From positions 2,015-66,014 of the forward strand of contig JAQGGW010000003.1 in assembly GCA_028289135.1 (NCBI GenBank): a DNA stretch of 64,000 nt, in the 5' to 3' direction. Below the pieces are notes generated by a model that ran no database searches, had not been told where the DNA came from, and worked only from the letters and a program-made list of their open reading frames with translations. Made by a program: the position numbers and the translations under genes. Each line of letters opens with the position of its first letter. Positions within the stretch are counted from its first letter, which is position 1. Source of the stretch: Candidatus Saccharimonadota bacterium. GTDB lineage: Bacteria; Patescibacteriota; Saccharimonadia; Saccharimonadales; JACDBH01. Positions 8,171-15,626 of this stretch are shown piece after piece.

Positions 8171-9829
8171 CTAGTGGGCGGCTGGAGGGCCGGCGACTGA
8201 TTCATTGTGCTCAATGTGCTTGCCGCCAGGCAGCTGGGTTGAAGCTACGAATGCTAACGCCATAAACACAACCGTATATAAAATTGCGGTTTGTGAAGCG
8301 GATGTTGTTGAAGTGTCGCTTAAAGATTTTATTTCCTGCTTTTCTGCCGGGTTAAGTGTCTGCACGGTTTGCAGCTTGCCGCCGAACTCAACTGCAGATG
8401 ATTGCGCGGACACTTCCTGGGCAATTGATGCCCGCTGCGAACTTGGAATTACCGGACTATTCGAGATGCCGCTTGTTAGATGACCAGAGAGCGTTGTTAG
8501 CAGTACCGCGCCGACGATCGCCGAACCAAGTGAAGACCCGATTTGACGCATTGTGTTGTTAACACCCGATGCTTCACCCGCTTCGTTTACCGAAACGGCT
8601 GACAAAGTCAGGTTGCTTATCTGCGCCATGCCAAGGCCCATGCCGATACCGTATAGTGCCAAGCCTGGCAAAAGGCTAAGCGCGGATGAATGAACAGACA
8701 TTGAAAAGCGGATCAAAATTAACGCGGCAACGTCTAGCACCAGCGCGACCTGGATAATACGCTTAGGCGTAAATTTCTTTGACAGCACAGCGCCCGAAAA
8801 AGGCGCGGCGACTAACAGGCCGACAGAAAGCGGCAGCAACCCGTAACCCGTATGCAGGGCGTCAAGGCCGTGTACGCTCTGAAGGAAAACTGGCACCGCA
8901 AACAACAAGCCAACCTGGCCAAGCGACATTATCATTGTGGTGACCGCGCCCGAAGTAAACTGTTTGTTTTTGAATAGTTTCATTGATACAAGCGGTGTTT
9001 TGTTTCGGCGTACCATGCTCTGTTCCCAGGCTACAAATAGGCTAAGCAGTACCACCGACAAGGCAAGCATTACTGGGACGATAGAAACCGAACCAAAGCT
9101 TATGGCGTGGCCGGCAACAGTAAAGATTTTTTGTGCGTGCAGCCAGCCGTACTGAGCGCCTTCAATAATGGCAAACACCCCGGCCAGCAGGCCGAATGAA
9201 GACAAGAGCACACCCACAAAGTCGATCGTTGGCTTTTCTTCAAGGTCGTGCGAGTCTTTGATAACAACAGAACCGATAAGCAGTAGTGCGGCCACAAAAA
9301 CGTTAATCCTAAAGCCCCAGCGCCAGCTATAGTGGCTGGTCAAAAAACCGCCCACAACTGGTCCAATTGCTGAACCAACCGCTGCCATTCCTCCCCAAAC
9401 ACCAAGCGCAGTCGCGCGGTCATGGCCTTTATAAGTTGCAACTAAAAGCGACGATGTTGCCGGCAGCATAAGCGCCGCGCCGATACCTTCGATGATAGAC
9501 TCGCCGATCAGCAACATACCGACAGAATGGCTAAGCGAAGCCAGCAATGAACCTGCAGCAAAAATAACCGCGCCTGCCATGAACAAGCGTTTACGGCCAA
9601 ACAAGTCTCCCAAACGCCCGCCCGTAATCGTCAGGGCGGCAAGTGTTAGGGCATAGGCGGTAATAACCCACTGGATGGCCTGGATGTTGGTGTGAAGCTC
9701 ACGGATGATTGTGCCAAGTGAAACGTTAAGCAGCGTCGTGTCGATAACGATAATCAAAACTGCCATGCCAAGTACAACCAGCGGCAGCCATTTTTTTAGT
9801 CCTGTTGGTGCGTGTGTTTCCGTGTTCAT
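8171..9829 (-). CDS. MFS transporter, DHA2 (14-TM drug:H+ antiporter) type
   Basis: MFS motif A GGRLGDLFGRKRLF and many TM helices over 552 aa. RBS GGAG lies inside the end of the upstream marR. Confidence 0.85.
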   Translation of the reverse strand: MNTETHAPTGLKKWLPLVVLGMAVLIIVIDTTLLNVSLGTIIRELHTNIQAIQWVITAYALTLAALTITGGRLGDLFGRKRLFMAGAVIFAAGSLLASLSHSVGMLLIGESIIEGIGAALMLPATSSLLVATYKGHDRATALGVWGGMAAVGSAIGPVVGGFLTSHYSWRWGFRINVFVAALLLIGSVVIKDSHDLEEKPTIDFVGVLLSSFGLLAGVFAIIEGAQYGWLHAQKIFTVAGHAISFGSVSIVPVMLALSVVLLSLFVAWEQSMVRRNKTPLVSMKLFKNKQFTSGAVTTMIMSLGQVGLLFAVPVFLQSVHGLDALHTGYGLLPLSVGLLVAAPFSGAVLSKKFTPKRIIQVALVLDVAALILIRFSMSVHSSALSLLPGLALYGIGMGLGMAQISNLTLSAVSVNEAGEASGVNNTMRQIGSSLGSAIVGAVLLTTLSGHLTSGISNSPVIPSSQRASIAQEVSAQSSAVEFGGKLQTVQTLNPAEKQEIKSLSDTSTTSASQTAILYTVVFMALAFVASTQLPGGKHIEHNESVAGPPAAH

Positions 9830-9830
9830 T

Positions 9831-10271
9831 TTATTTCTCCTTATTTTCTGCGATTGTGCTGTTTAGTTTTTTCAAAATACCCAAGAAAGTTTTAAGCTCT
9901 GTGTCATCAAGCGTGCCCATGGTCGACTCAAAACTGGCGAGGTAATTATGCCGCACCTGTTCCACCTGTTCTGTGCCTTTTTTAGACAGCAGAATGTGCA
10001 CAATGCGGCGGTCCTGGGTGTCCTGTTCTCGTTTTACCAGACCAAATGTTGCGAGGCCGTCAACCAGCTGCGTCACTGCACCGCTAGAGATTCTTAGTTC
10101 AGCCGCGATCTCCTTTACCGTTAAAGACTTATGCTTTGAGATTAAAAACAAAAGCTGGCCCTGCGCTGGAGGCACATTTGGCCCAAGCGGCGCCGACACG
10201 GAGTGAAAAATTATCCGCTTTAGTTCTGCGAATTCTCCGGCGACTTCTTCGATTAGTTTGTTCTTTGTCAT
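9831..10271 (-). CDS. MarR-family transcriptional regulator
   Basis: Winged-HTH LTVKEIAAELRISSGAVTQLVDGL...DRRIVHILLSKKG. 146 aa, immediately upstream of the MFS gene. Confidence 0.85.
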   Translation of the reverse strand: MTKNKLIEEVAGEFAELKRIIFHSVSAPLGPNVPPAQGQLLFLISKHKSLTVKEIAAELRISSGAVTQLVDGLATFGLVKREQDTQDRRIVHILLSKKGTEQVEQVRHNYLASFESTMGTLDDTELKTFLGILKKLNSTIAENKEK

Positions 10272-10297
10272 ATTTACTGCCTTAATACTTTAGCTAC

Positions 10298-10323
10298 TTA
10301 ACATATTAGCAGCTAACATATTA
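10298..10323. promoter_or_regulatory. candidate MarR operator (direct repeat TAACATATTA x2)
   Basis: TAACATATTA occurs at 10299-10308 and 10314-10323, 15 nt apart, inside the inverted repeat TTAGCT-N15-AGCTAA. It lies about 30 nt upstream of the marR start. Confidence 0.4.
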
Positions 10324-10413
10324 ATAGTCAACACGTTAAGTATTAATGGGGCAGGGAATTATGCCTCCCGAGTAGGATTTTGAGGACTTTTTCTATATAA
10401 TACCTCTGTTCAA

Positions 10414-10488
10414 GCGGGATTCGTATAGCGGCTAATATATAAGTTTTCCAAACTTAGGAGGAGAGTTCGATTCTCTCATCCCGCACCA
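10414..10488 (+). tRNA. tRNA-Gly (anticodon TCC)
   Basis: Acceptor GCGGGAT/ATCCCGC, anticodon loop TTTCCAA, T-loop TTCGATT, encoded CCA. Confidence 0.9.
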
Positions 10489-10494
10489 AGTCAC

Positions 10495-10571
10495 GCACCC
10501 GTAGCTCAGCTGGATAGAGCAATGGGCTTCTATCCCACAGGTCGGGGGTTCGAATCCCTCCGGGTGTACCA
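10495..10571 (+). tRNA. tRNA-Arg (anticodon TCT)
   Basis: Acceptor GCACCCG/CGGGTGT (G1-U72), anticodon loop CTTCTAT, T-arm GGGGG-TTCGAAT-CCCTC, encoded CCA. Confidence 0.88.
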
Positions 10572-10578
10572 ATAAAAA

Positions 10579-10606
10579 AGTCTCACCGCTAGGTGGGGCT
10601 TTTTTA
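10579..10606 (+). terminator. rho-independent terminator after the tRNA pair
   Basis: AGTCTCACC-GCTA-GGTGGGGCT (9 bp including 2 G-U pairs) followed by TTTTTT. Confidence 0.7.
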
Positions 10607-10610
10607 TTGG

Positions 10611-10824
10611 CCGCGAGGGATTCAAACGCCTTGGCCAAAAAGGTCGGGGTGAAAAATGCCAGTGGCATTTTGCAAGGAAATCTTCACTTGGCAACTTGTT
10701 GCCAAAGCAGAAGTTTCGGGCTCGCCAAAGGCGAGTTGAATCCCTGATTGTTAACCTAAGAAGTTTATAAAAACGAAGTTTCTGGCCTGCTGAAAGCAGG
10801 TCGAATCCCTACAATATGTTCTAA
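10611..10824 (+). repeat. array of short hairpins with two tandem 65-nt-spaced units ending in tRNA T-arm-like GAATCCCT
   Basis: The units at 10710 and 10775 share GAAGTTTC[G/T]GG-hairpin-T[T/C]GAATCCCT. The hairpin stems differ but stay complementary (CTCGCC/GGCGAG versus CCTGC/GCAGG). A third, inverted GAATCCCT lies at 10617-10624. Confidence 0.55.
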
Positions 10825-11261
10825 AGACGGATGGCATCACTAGGAAAGCCTTTTTTCATGGCCTTAACAATTGCTTCTTGGAGCTGAGGAGTCCGGAAAG
10901 CGATTTTGGCAAAGGCTTTTTTGTCTATCCATTGGGGTTTATGGATATTCACAGTTAGTTTGTTAAGCTGTGCTTCTTCGGATGCATCATCGAGCGCAAC
11001 ATCGGCGTGCGGCGCGACTTCGCATAGGTATATATACTGCTCGTTGTACGGCGGCTGGTGGTATTCAACAAAAACTAGCTGCGCCGTAGTGATGCTAAGG
11101 CCTGTTTCTTCCATGATTTCGCGGACCAATGCGTCTTCGGGTGTTTCGCCTTCGGCCACACGGCCGCCGACCAATGTGTAGTATTGGCTGCCTTGTTTGT
11201 TACGGTACATAACTAAAACTTTGTCGTTTTCGATAATAATTGCGCGGCTTGCTTGTCCCAT
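10821..11261 (-). CDS. NUDIX hydrolase
   Basis: Nudix box GGRVAEGETPEDALVREIMEETGL. 146 aa. Confidence 0.85.
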   Translation of the reverse strand: MGQASRAIIIENDKVLVMYRNKQGSQYYTLVGGRVAEGETPEDALVREIMEETGLSITTAQLVFVEYHQPPYNEQYIYLCEVAPHADVALDDASEEAQLNKLTVNIHKPQWIDKKAFAKIAFRTPQLQEAIVKAMKKGFPSDAIRL

Positions 11262-11306
11262 AGTGCCTGTATTATACGATGTTTTAGTATATCTTGGTGT
11301 ATTTAG

Positions 11307-12488
11307 TTATTGTCCTGGGTTTAAAATCCCTGCCTGATGGCCACTGCCCGTCTTTTCATTGGTCCTGTTAAAAATTACCGTAAAAGTAGAGCCTTTTTTG
11401 GGAGCGGAACTTACCTTAATCTCGGCACCGTGCAGCATGACTAATTTTTTAACCCAATAAAGCCCCAGCCCGCTGCCGCCGGCAGTTGTGGTGAGCGGGT
11501 TGTTAATACGCGAAAATTTATAAAATAGTTTTGGAATGTCGCGCTTGCTTATCCCCACGCCGGTGTCTTTGACTGAAACTTTAATTTTTGTTTTGGTCTG
11601 CGTTAGCTTTATGGCAATCTTGCCCTTGTCTGGCGTATATTTGTTGGCATTGCTTAGGAGGTTTTCTAACACCATTCTAAGGTGTACAGGGTCCGCCGAG
11701 TAGATAGCCGACTCAACGTTGTGTATGTAGGTGACTTGCTGCTGGGCGGCATTAAACTTATCATTAAAATCCTTTATTATTTCATCGACAAGCAGCACAA
11801 GATCAACGTCTTCTTTTATAATCTTAACGGCGTTTGCTTCTGCCCGCGCTACCCGCAGCAGGTCATTAATAATATTCAGCTGGCGCTCGTTGTTTTCAAA
11901 CGCAGTAGTTAGCATGACCAGCTGGTCTTCCGTTAGACTGCCGGCGTAGCCGCCCATGACCATACTTAAATATTGCTTCACGATTGTGGCGGGCGTTCTA
12001 AGCTCATGCGATGCAATCGAAATAAACTCATCCTTGGCATTTTCTAGCTCAACTTCACTGGTAATATCACGAAAAACTTCAATGGCGCCAATGGGGCTAT
12101 TATTTAAAAGAATCGGTGAAACCGTAACGGCAACCGACATTTTTGTGCCGTCTTTTCTTAAGTACTTAACTTTGTCAAAAACTGGTTTGCCAGTTAAAAA
12201 AACTTCCAGGTTTGGCCGTTCCATGTTGGGGATCAAGTTGCCGCTTTCATCTTCGGCAACAATGGCTTCGGGGTACCATTTGCCGACAAGTTCGCGGGTG
12301 CTGTAACCCAGAAGCTGCAAGGCGATGTTGTTAATGCGTGAAATATTGCCGTGGTTGTCCGTTACAATCGCGCCTTCGCCGATGCTTAAAAACAGCGCTT
12401 CGGCTTCGGCCCGGCCGCGGCGTAACAGCGCAAGGCTAGCATCTTCGGTTAGCGTATCAATGCTCAGATGATTAGCGGGTTTTCTCAT
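11307..12488 (-). CDS. soluble PAS-domain sensor histidine kinase
   Basis: PAS segment (GAIVTDNHGNISRINN), H-box SHELRTPAT, N-box LLSNANKYT, G-boxes DTGVGI and GGSGLGL. No TM helix. Confidence 0.88.
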   Translation of the reverse strand: MRKPANHLSIDTLTEDASLALLRRGRAEAEALFLSIGEGAIVTDNHGNISRINNIALQLLGYSTRELVGKWYPEAIVAEDESGNLIPNMERPNLEVFLTGKPVFDKVKYLRKDGTKMSVAVTVSPILLNNSPIGAIEVFRDITSEVELENAKDEFISIASHELRTPATIVKQYLSMVMGGYAGSLTEDQLVMLTTAFENNERQLNIINDLLRVARAEANAVKIIKEDVDLVLLVDEIIKDFNDKFNAAQQQVTYIHNVESAIYSADPVHLRMVLENLLSNANKYTPDKGKIAIKLTQTKTKIKVSVKDTGVGISKRDIPKLFYKFSRINNPLTTTAGGSGLGLYWVKKLVMLHGAEIKVSSAPKKGSTFTVIFNRTNEKTGSGHQAGILNPGQ

Positions 12489-12741
12489 CAGACACCGGTT
12501 TACTTACGCCCAGTGACAGTAGATTACTGGTATAAGAAGACACCTCGTGATAGTCGTTAGTCAGCAGCGCGAAGGCAAGTTCGGTCCATTTGGTGAGCTT
12601 TGGCAGATGATTCTTTTTCAAAGATTCAGGGACGATGCCAAGATGCGTGTCAATCTGGCGGCGCAAAAACCGCTCGCCCGCTGGTCCTAAATATTCTTCA
12701 CTAATCTCGACCGCTTGTGTATATATTGAATCTTGGGCCAT
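12472..12741 (-). CDS. hypothetical protein
   Basis: 89-aa ORF whose end overlaps the kinase start by 17 nt. It begins 3 nt after the stop of the upstream membrane-protein gene. No recognisable motif. Confidence 0.45.
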   Translation of the reverse strand: MAQDSIYTQAVEISEEYLGPAGERFLRRQIDTHLGIVPESLKKNHLPKLTKWTELAFALLTNDYHEVSSYTSNLLSLGVSKPVSDEKTR

Positions 12742-12744
12742 AAA

Positions 12745-13653
12745 CTAAACTTCTTCTATGAGTTTTAGTTTTTTAGCGCCGCGGGCAACAAGTCCGAATC
12801 CAAGGGCGTTTAGCGCCACCAAAACGTATACCAATATTAAAATTGGCGTTAGGTTTAAGCGGTTCAGCCGGGCGCTAAGCGTTATAAGAATCTGCGACGC
12901 GACTGACAGAATAATAATTGTCGCAATGCCGGTCGCCAACAGCCCCAGAGACTTTTTGTAGATGACACCGCGGATGTTTTGCTTGTATACAAAGAACTTA
13001 ACGGCGGCCAAGATCCCCCGGCACCATATATACAAATACGGTATAGACAGCGTCGCGAGAATTATCCAGTTTGGCAAATAGTATCCTGTATCCCCTGCCG
13101 CGCTAAATGGTCGCGTGGTGATTAGCCAGGTATAAACGCTTGAAGCGATAATAATCCCCGGCAGCGTTAGTGGCGGCCAAGTTACCGGGCGGATTTTTCT
13201 AAGCGTGCTAATTAGCGCCGATGCGCCTTTGTTAATTGTCAGTAGGCCGGCAGCCGGTAAAATAATGTTAAAATAATTTCTTAAAATAGTTGCCGTACTC
13301 TGAAAATTAGGGTTTTTTACGGTAAAATAACTAAGAACCGCTCCAAATACCGCATTGGCTGGCAAACTAAAGGCAATAAATAAAAGCCCTCTTGAGACAA
13401 GCTTGAATGCAATACCTTCTTTGGTGTCTTTAATTACTTTTGAGTAGTCATGAATCCTGACAGAGCCATATAAAGCTGTCAGCCATATAACAACCAAAGG
13501 CACGACGATGGTTAGGGTAAGAAGACGGATTTGAGATTGGTCAATGTGATATTTTGCCGTCGCGCTTGGGTCAGCCGGCGAAAACATTACTATTGCTACG
13601 TACAGCAGCGTTAAAGCTAGGAAGAAATAGATAGTAAGTTTGTTGCGCTTCAT
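12745..13653 (-). CDS. hypothetical polytopic membrane protein
   Basis: 302 aa with about 8 hydrophobic helices. RBS AAGGA before the ATG. Confidence 0.6.
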   Translation of the reverse strand: MKRNKLTIYFFLALTLLYVAIVMFSPADPSATAKYHIDQSQIRLLTLTIVVPLVVIWLTALYGSVRIHDYSKVIKDTKEGIAFKLVSRGLLFIAFSLPANAVFGAVLSYFTVKNPNFQSTATILRNYFNIILPAAGLLTINKGASALISTLRKIRPVTWPPLTLPGIIIASSVYTWLITTRPFSAAGDTGYYLPNWIILATLSIPYLYIWCRGILAAVKFFVYKQNIRGVIYKKSLGLLATGIATIIILSVASQILITLSARLNRLNLTPILILVYVLVALNALGFGLVARGAKKLKLIEEV

Positions 13654-13848
13654 CTCTTGTCCTTTTTACGGAGTATGCAGGCATTATTATAACCCATGTG
13701 TAAATAGTGCCCAGCATAATCTGCCTAAACTTAGGTTTATAACCATATTTTAGGCGTCGGTATACAGCCCGTTAGTTAGAGAGATGGTTTGTGTTATTTC
13801 ACAGACGCTCTCATTGACATATCCTGTCTATTTTTTAATACTAGACTC

Positions 13849-14343
13849 ATGCCAATAAACAGCTGCCAATTCTGTAAAGCAAACTTCTATGCAAAACCAA
13901 GTCATATAAAAAAGGGCTGGGGCAAATATTGCTCTAAATTGTGCCAGTCTTCGTCAAAAAAGACAGGAAATATGATAGACTGTTTTATTTGCAAAAAGCC
14001 GACATATAAAAATCTAAGAGATCAGCAAAGGTCAGTTAGCAGCAAATTTTTCTGTTCAAAATCTTGCCAAACCATTTGGAGAAACACTCAGTATTCTGGA
14101 GATAAACACAGTAACTGGACGGGAGGTAAGTCTTCGTATAGAGTTGCACTACTACGCAGCAGCTTAAAACAAGCTTGCGGCAAGTGCACGATTACTGACA
14201 AGCGCGTTCTCGCTGTTCATCATAAAGATAAAAATAGATGGAATAATGACCTTTCTAATCTGATGTGGTTATGTCATAATTGTCACTATCTTGTTCACCA
14301 CGATAAGAGAGAGGCTGAAGGCTTTTTGGTGCCTGTAGCTTAG
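13849..14343 (+). CDS. HNH endonuclease with duplicated CxxC zinc-ribbon modules
   Basis: Motifs HHKDKNRWNN...NLMWLCHNCHYLVHH (HNH) plus CQFC...CSKLC and CFIC...CSKSC. ATG chosen at 13849, whereas the track ORF starts at a GTG at 13789. Visibly AT-rich. Confidence 0.75.
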   Translation: MPINSCQFCKANFYAKPSHIKKGWGKYCSKLCQSSSKKTGNMIDCFICKKPTYKNLRDQQRSVSSKFFCSKSCQTIWRNTQYSGDKHSNWTGGKSSYRVALLRSSLKQACGKCTITDKRVLAVHHKDKNRWNNDLSNLMWLCHNCHYLVHHDKREAEGFLVPVA

Positions 14344-14405
14344 CGGTTTAAAGCGTCGGTTTGTGGTACCGAAGATCGAGGGTTCAAATCCCTTTAGGCA
14401 CCCCA
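14328..14405 (+). tRNA. tRNA-His (anticodon GTG) with encoded G-1
   Basis: An extra 5' G opposite discriminator C73, acceptor GTGCCTG/TAGGCAC, anticodon loop TTGTGGT, encoded CCA. The 5' end overlaps the last 16 nt of the HNH ORF. Confidence 0.88.
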
Positions 14406-14412
14406 TATAAAG

Positions 14413-14438
14413 AGTCGGTCACAATGACCGGCTTTTTT
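14413..14438 (+). terminator. rho-independent terminator after tRNA-His
   Basis: AGTCGGTCA-CAA-TGACCGGCT followed by TTTTT. Confidence 0.75.
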
Positions 14439-14452
14439 GTTATCATAACTTC

Positions 14453-14989
14453 ATGCCCCACATCCACACAAAACCTGGCCAGCACGACCTAACAGCAAGC
14501 GCCTACATCGTCAGACTCGACAACGTGGATCCGTCGATCATGCTCCACATGCATAAAAAACTCAAAAAATATATGCAGTTTGGCGGGCATGTTGAGCTGC
14601 ATGAAACTCCTTGGCAGACGATCATCCACGAAATAAAAGAAGAGGCTGGCTACAATATTTCACAGCTTAGTTTGCTTCAGCCCGCAAATTCGCTAGCCAA
14701 AGTTAGTAATTCGGTTATTCACCCATATCCGCTTGCCTTAGCGACTTTCAAGTATGGAGACTTGGACCATTATCATACCGATACTGCCTTTGCTTTTGTT
14801 ACCAAGGAGGCGCCGCACCATAAAATTGAAGACGACGAGTCCAAGGACATCCGGCTATTCACCAAAAGAGAATTACTGAATGCGAAAAACGATCTTGTCC
14901 CGGAAAATGTGAAGGAAGTAGCCCTATATGTTTTGGACCACATATTAAAAAATTGGCAAAAAACTGATGCCAATGACTTTGCCAGTTAA
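14453..14989 (+). CDS. NUDIX hydrolase
   Basis: Nudix box GGHVELHETPWQTIIHEIKEEAGY. 178 aa. Confidence 0.8.
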   Translation: MPHIHTKPGQHDLTASAYIVRLDNVDPSIMLHMHKKLKKYMQFGGHVELHETPWQTIIHEIKEEAGYNISQLSLLQPANSLAKVSNSVIHPYPLALATFKYGDLDHYHTDTAFAFVTKEAPHHKIEDDESKDIRLFTKRELLNAKNDLVPENVKEVALYVLDHILKNWQKTDANDFAS

Positions 14990-14992
14990 AGC

Positions 14993-15553
14993 CTAGTCTA
15001 CAAAACCGAGCTTGCTATAAACAGCGCTAAAAGTTTCATGGTCATAAAAACTGCTGCTGTATGAAGCCAGCAAGATTTTGCTGCTATGACCAGACACCAA
15101 GAACATGGCCGGGACTAAAAATAAATCGCCGTCGATTGTAGTTTGGTTGTAACCGTGTTCACGAACGGCCTGTAACCAGTAAGGTATCTTCGTAATGCTC
15201 CGGGCAGCCGCAATGACCGAATTTTCCACGCCGTATTTTTTATAAGTCACTTTTTGTTGGTCGGCAATAATCGAAAAAGGCGGTTTGCGGGCATGCCGTT
15301 TATAAATATTTTCTTTGACGTTTTCTGGAGTGGACTGGATAAATGCAATGACTTCGCAGTTATTCTTCTTCAAAAGCGGATACTCCATGGTCAGCCGGTG
15401 CAATGCCAGGTTGCACCATGGGCAGCCTGAGTAGCGCAGGAAAACGATCAGCGTGGATTTTGGACGCTGTTTACTGAGTGTGAACTTTTTGCCCATAACA
15501 TCCTGCACGGTAAAGTCGGGTGCAGCCTGCCCGACCTTAAGAAGATGTTTCAT
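14993..15553 (-). CDS. peroxiredoxin-like (AhpC/TSA, thioredoxin-fold) protein
   Basis: APDFTVQD...LIVFLRYSGCPWCNLAL, a CxxC in a redoxin context. 186 aa. Confidence 0.7.
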   Translation of the reverse strand: MKHLLKVGQAAPDFTVQDVMGKKFTLSKQRPKSTLIVFLRYSGCPWCNLALHRLTMEYPLLKKNNCEVIAFIQSTPENVKENIYKRHARKPPFSIIADQQKVTYKKYGVENSVIAAARSITKIPYWLQAVREHGYNQTTIDGDLFLVPAMFLVSGHSSKILLASYSSSFYDHETFSAVYSKLGFVD

Positions 15554-15626
15554 ATGCTTTTAGTATACTTGGCAAAAGAAGTTAACCCTATTTTCTGCTA
15601 TAATATAGTTAAGAAAGAGGTTAAAA

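Noticed and set aside
10432-10668. 78-aa minus-strand ORF
   Set aside because: It runs straight through tRNA-Gly, tRNA-Arg and the terminator, so it is an artefact.
10611-10824. Possible miniature CRISPR array
   Set aside because: There are only two clear units. The repeated parts are non-identical and the hairpins themselves differ. No cas genes lie nearby, and the resemblance is to tRNA T-arm sequence.
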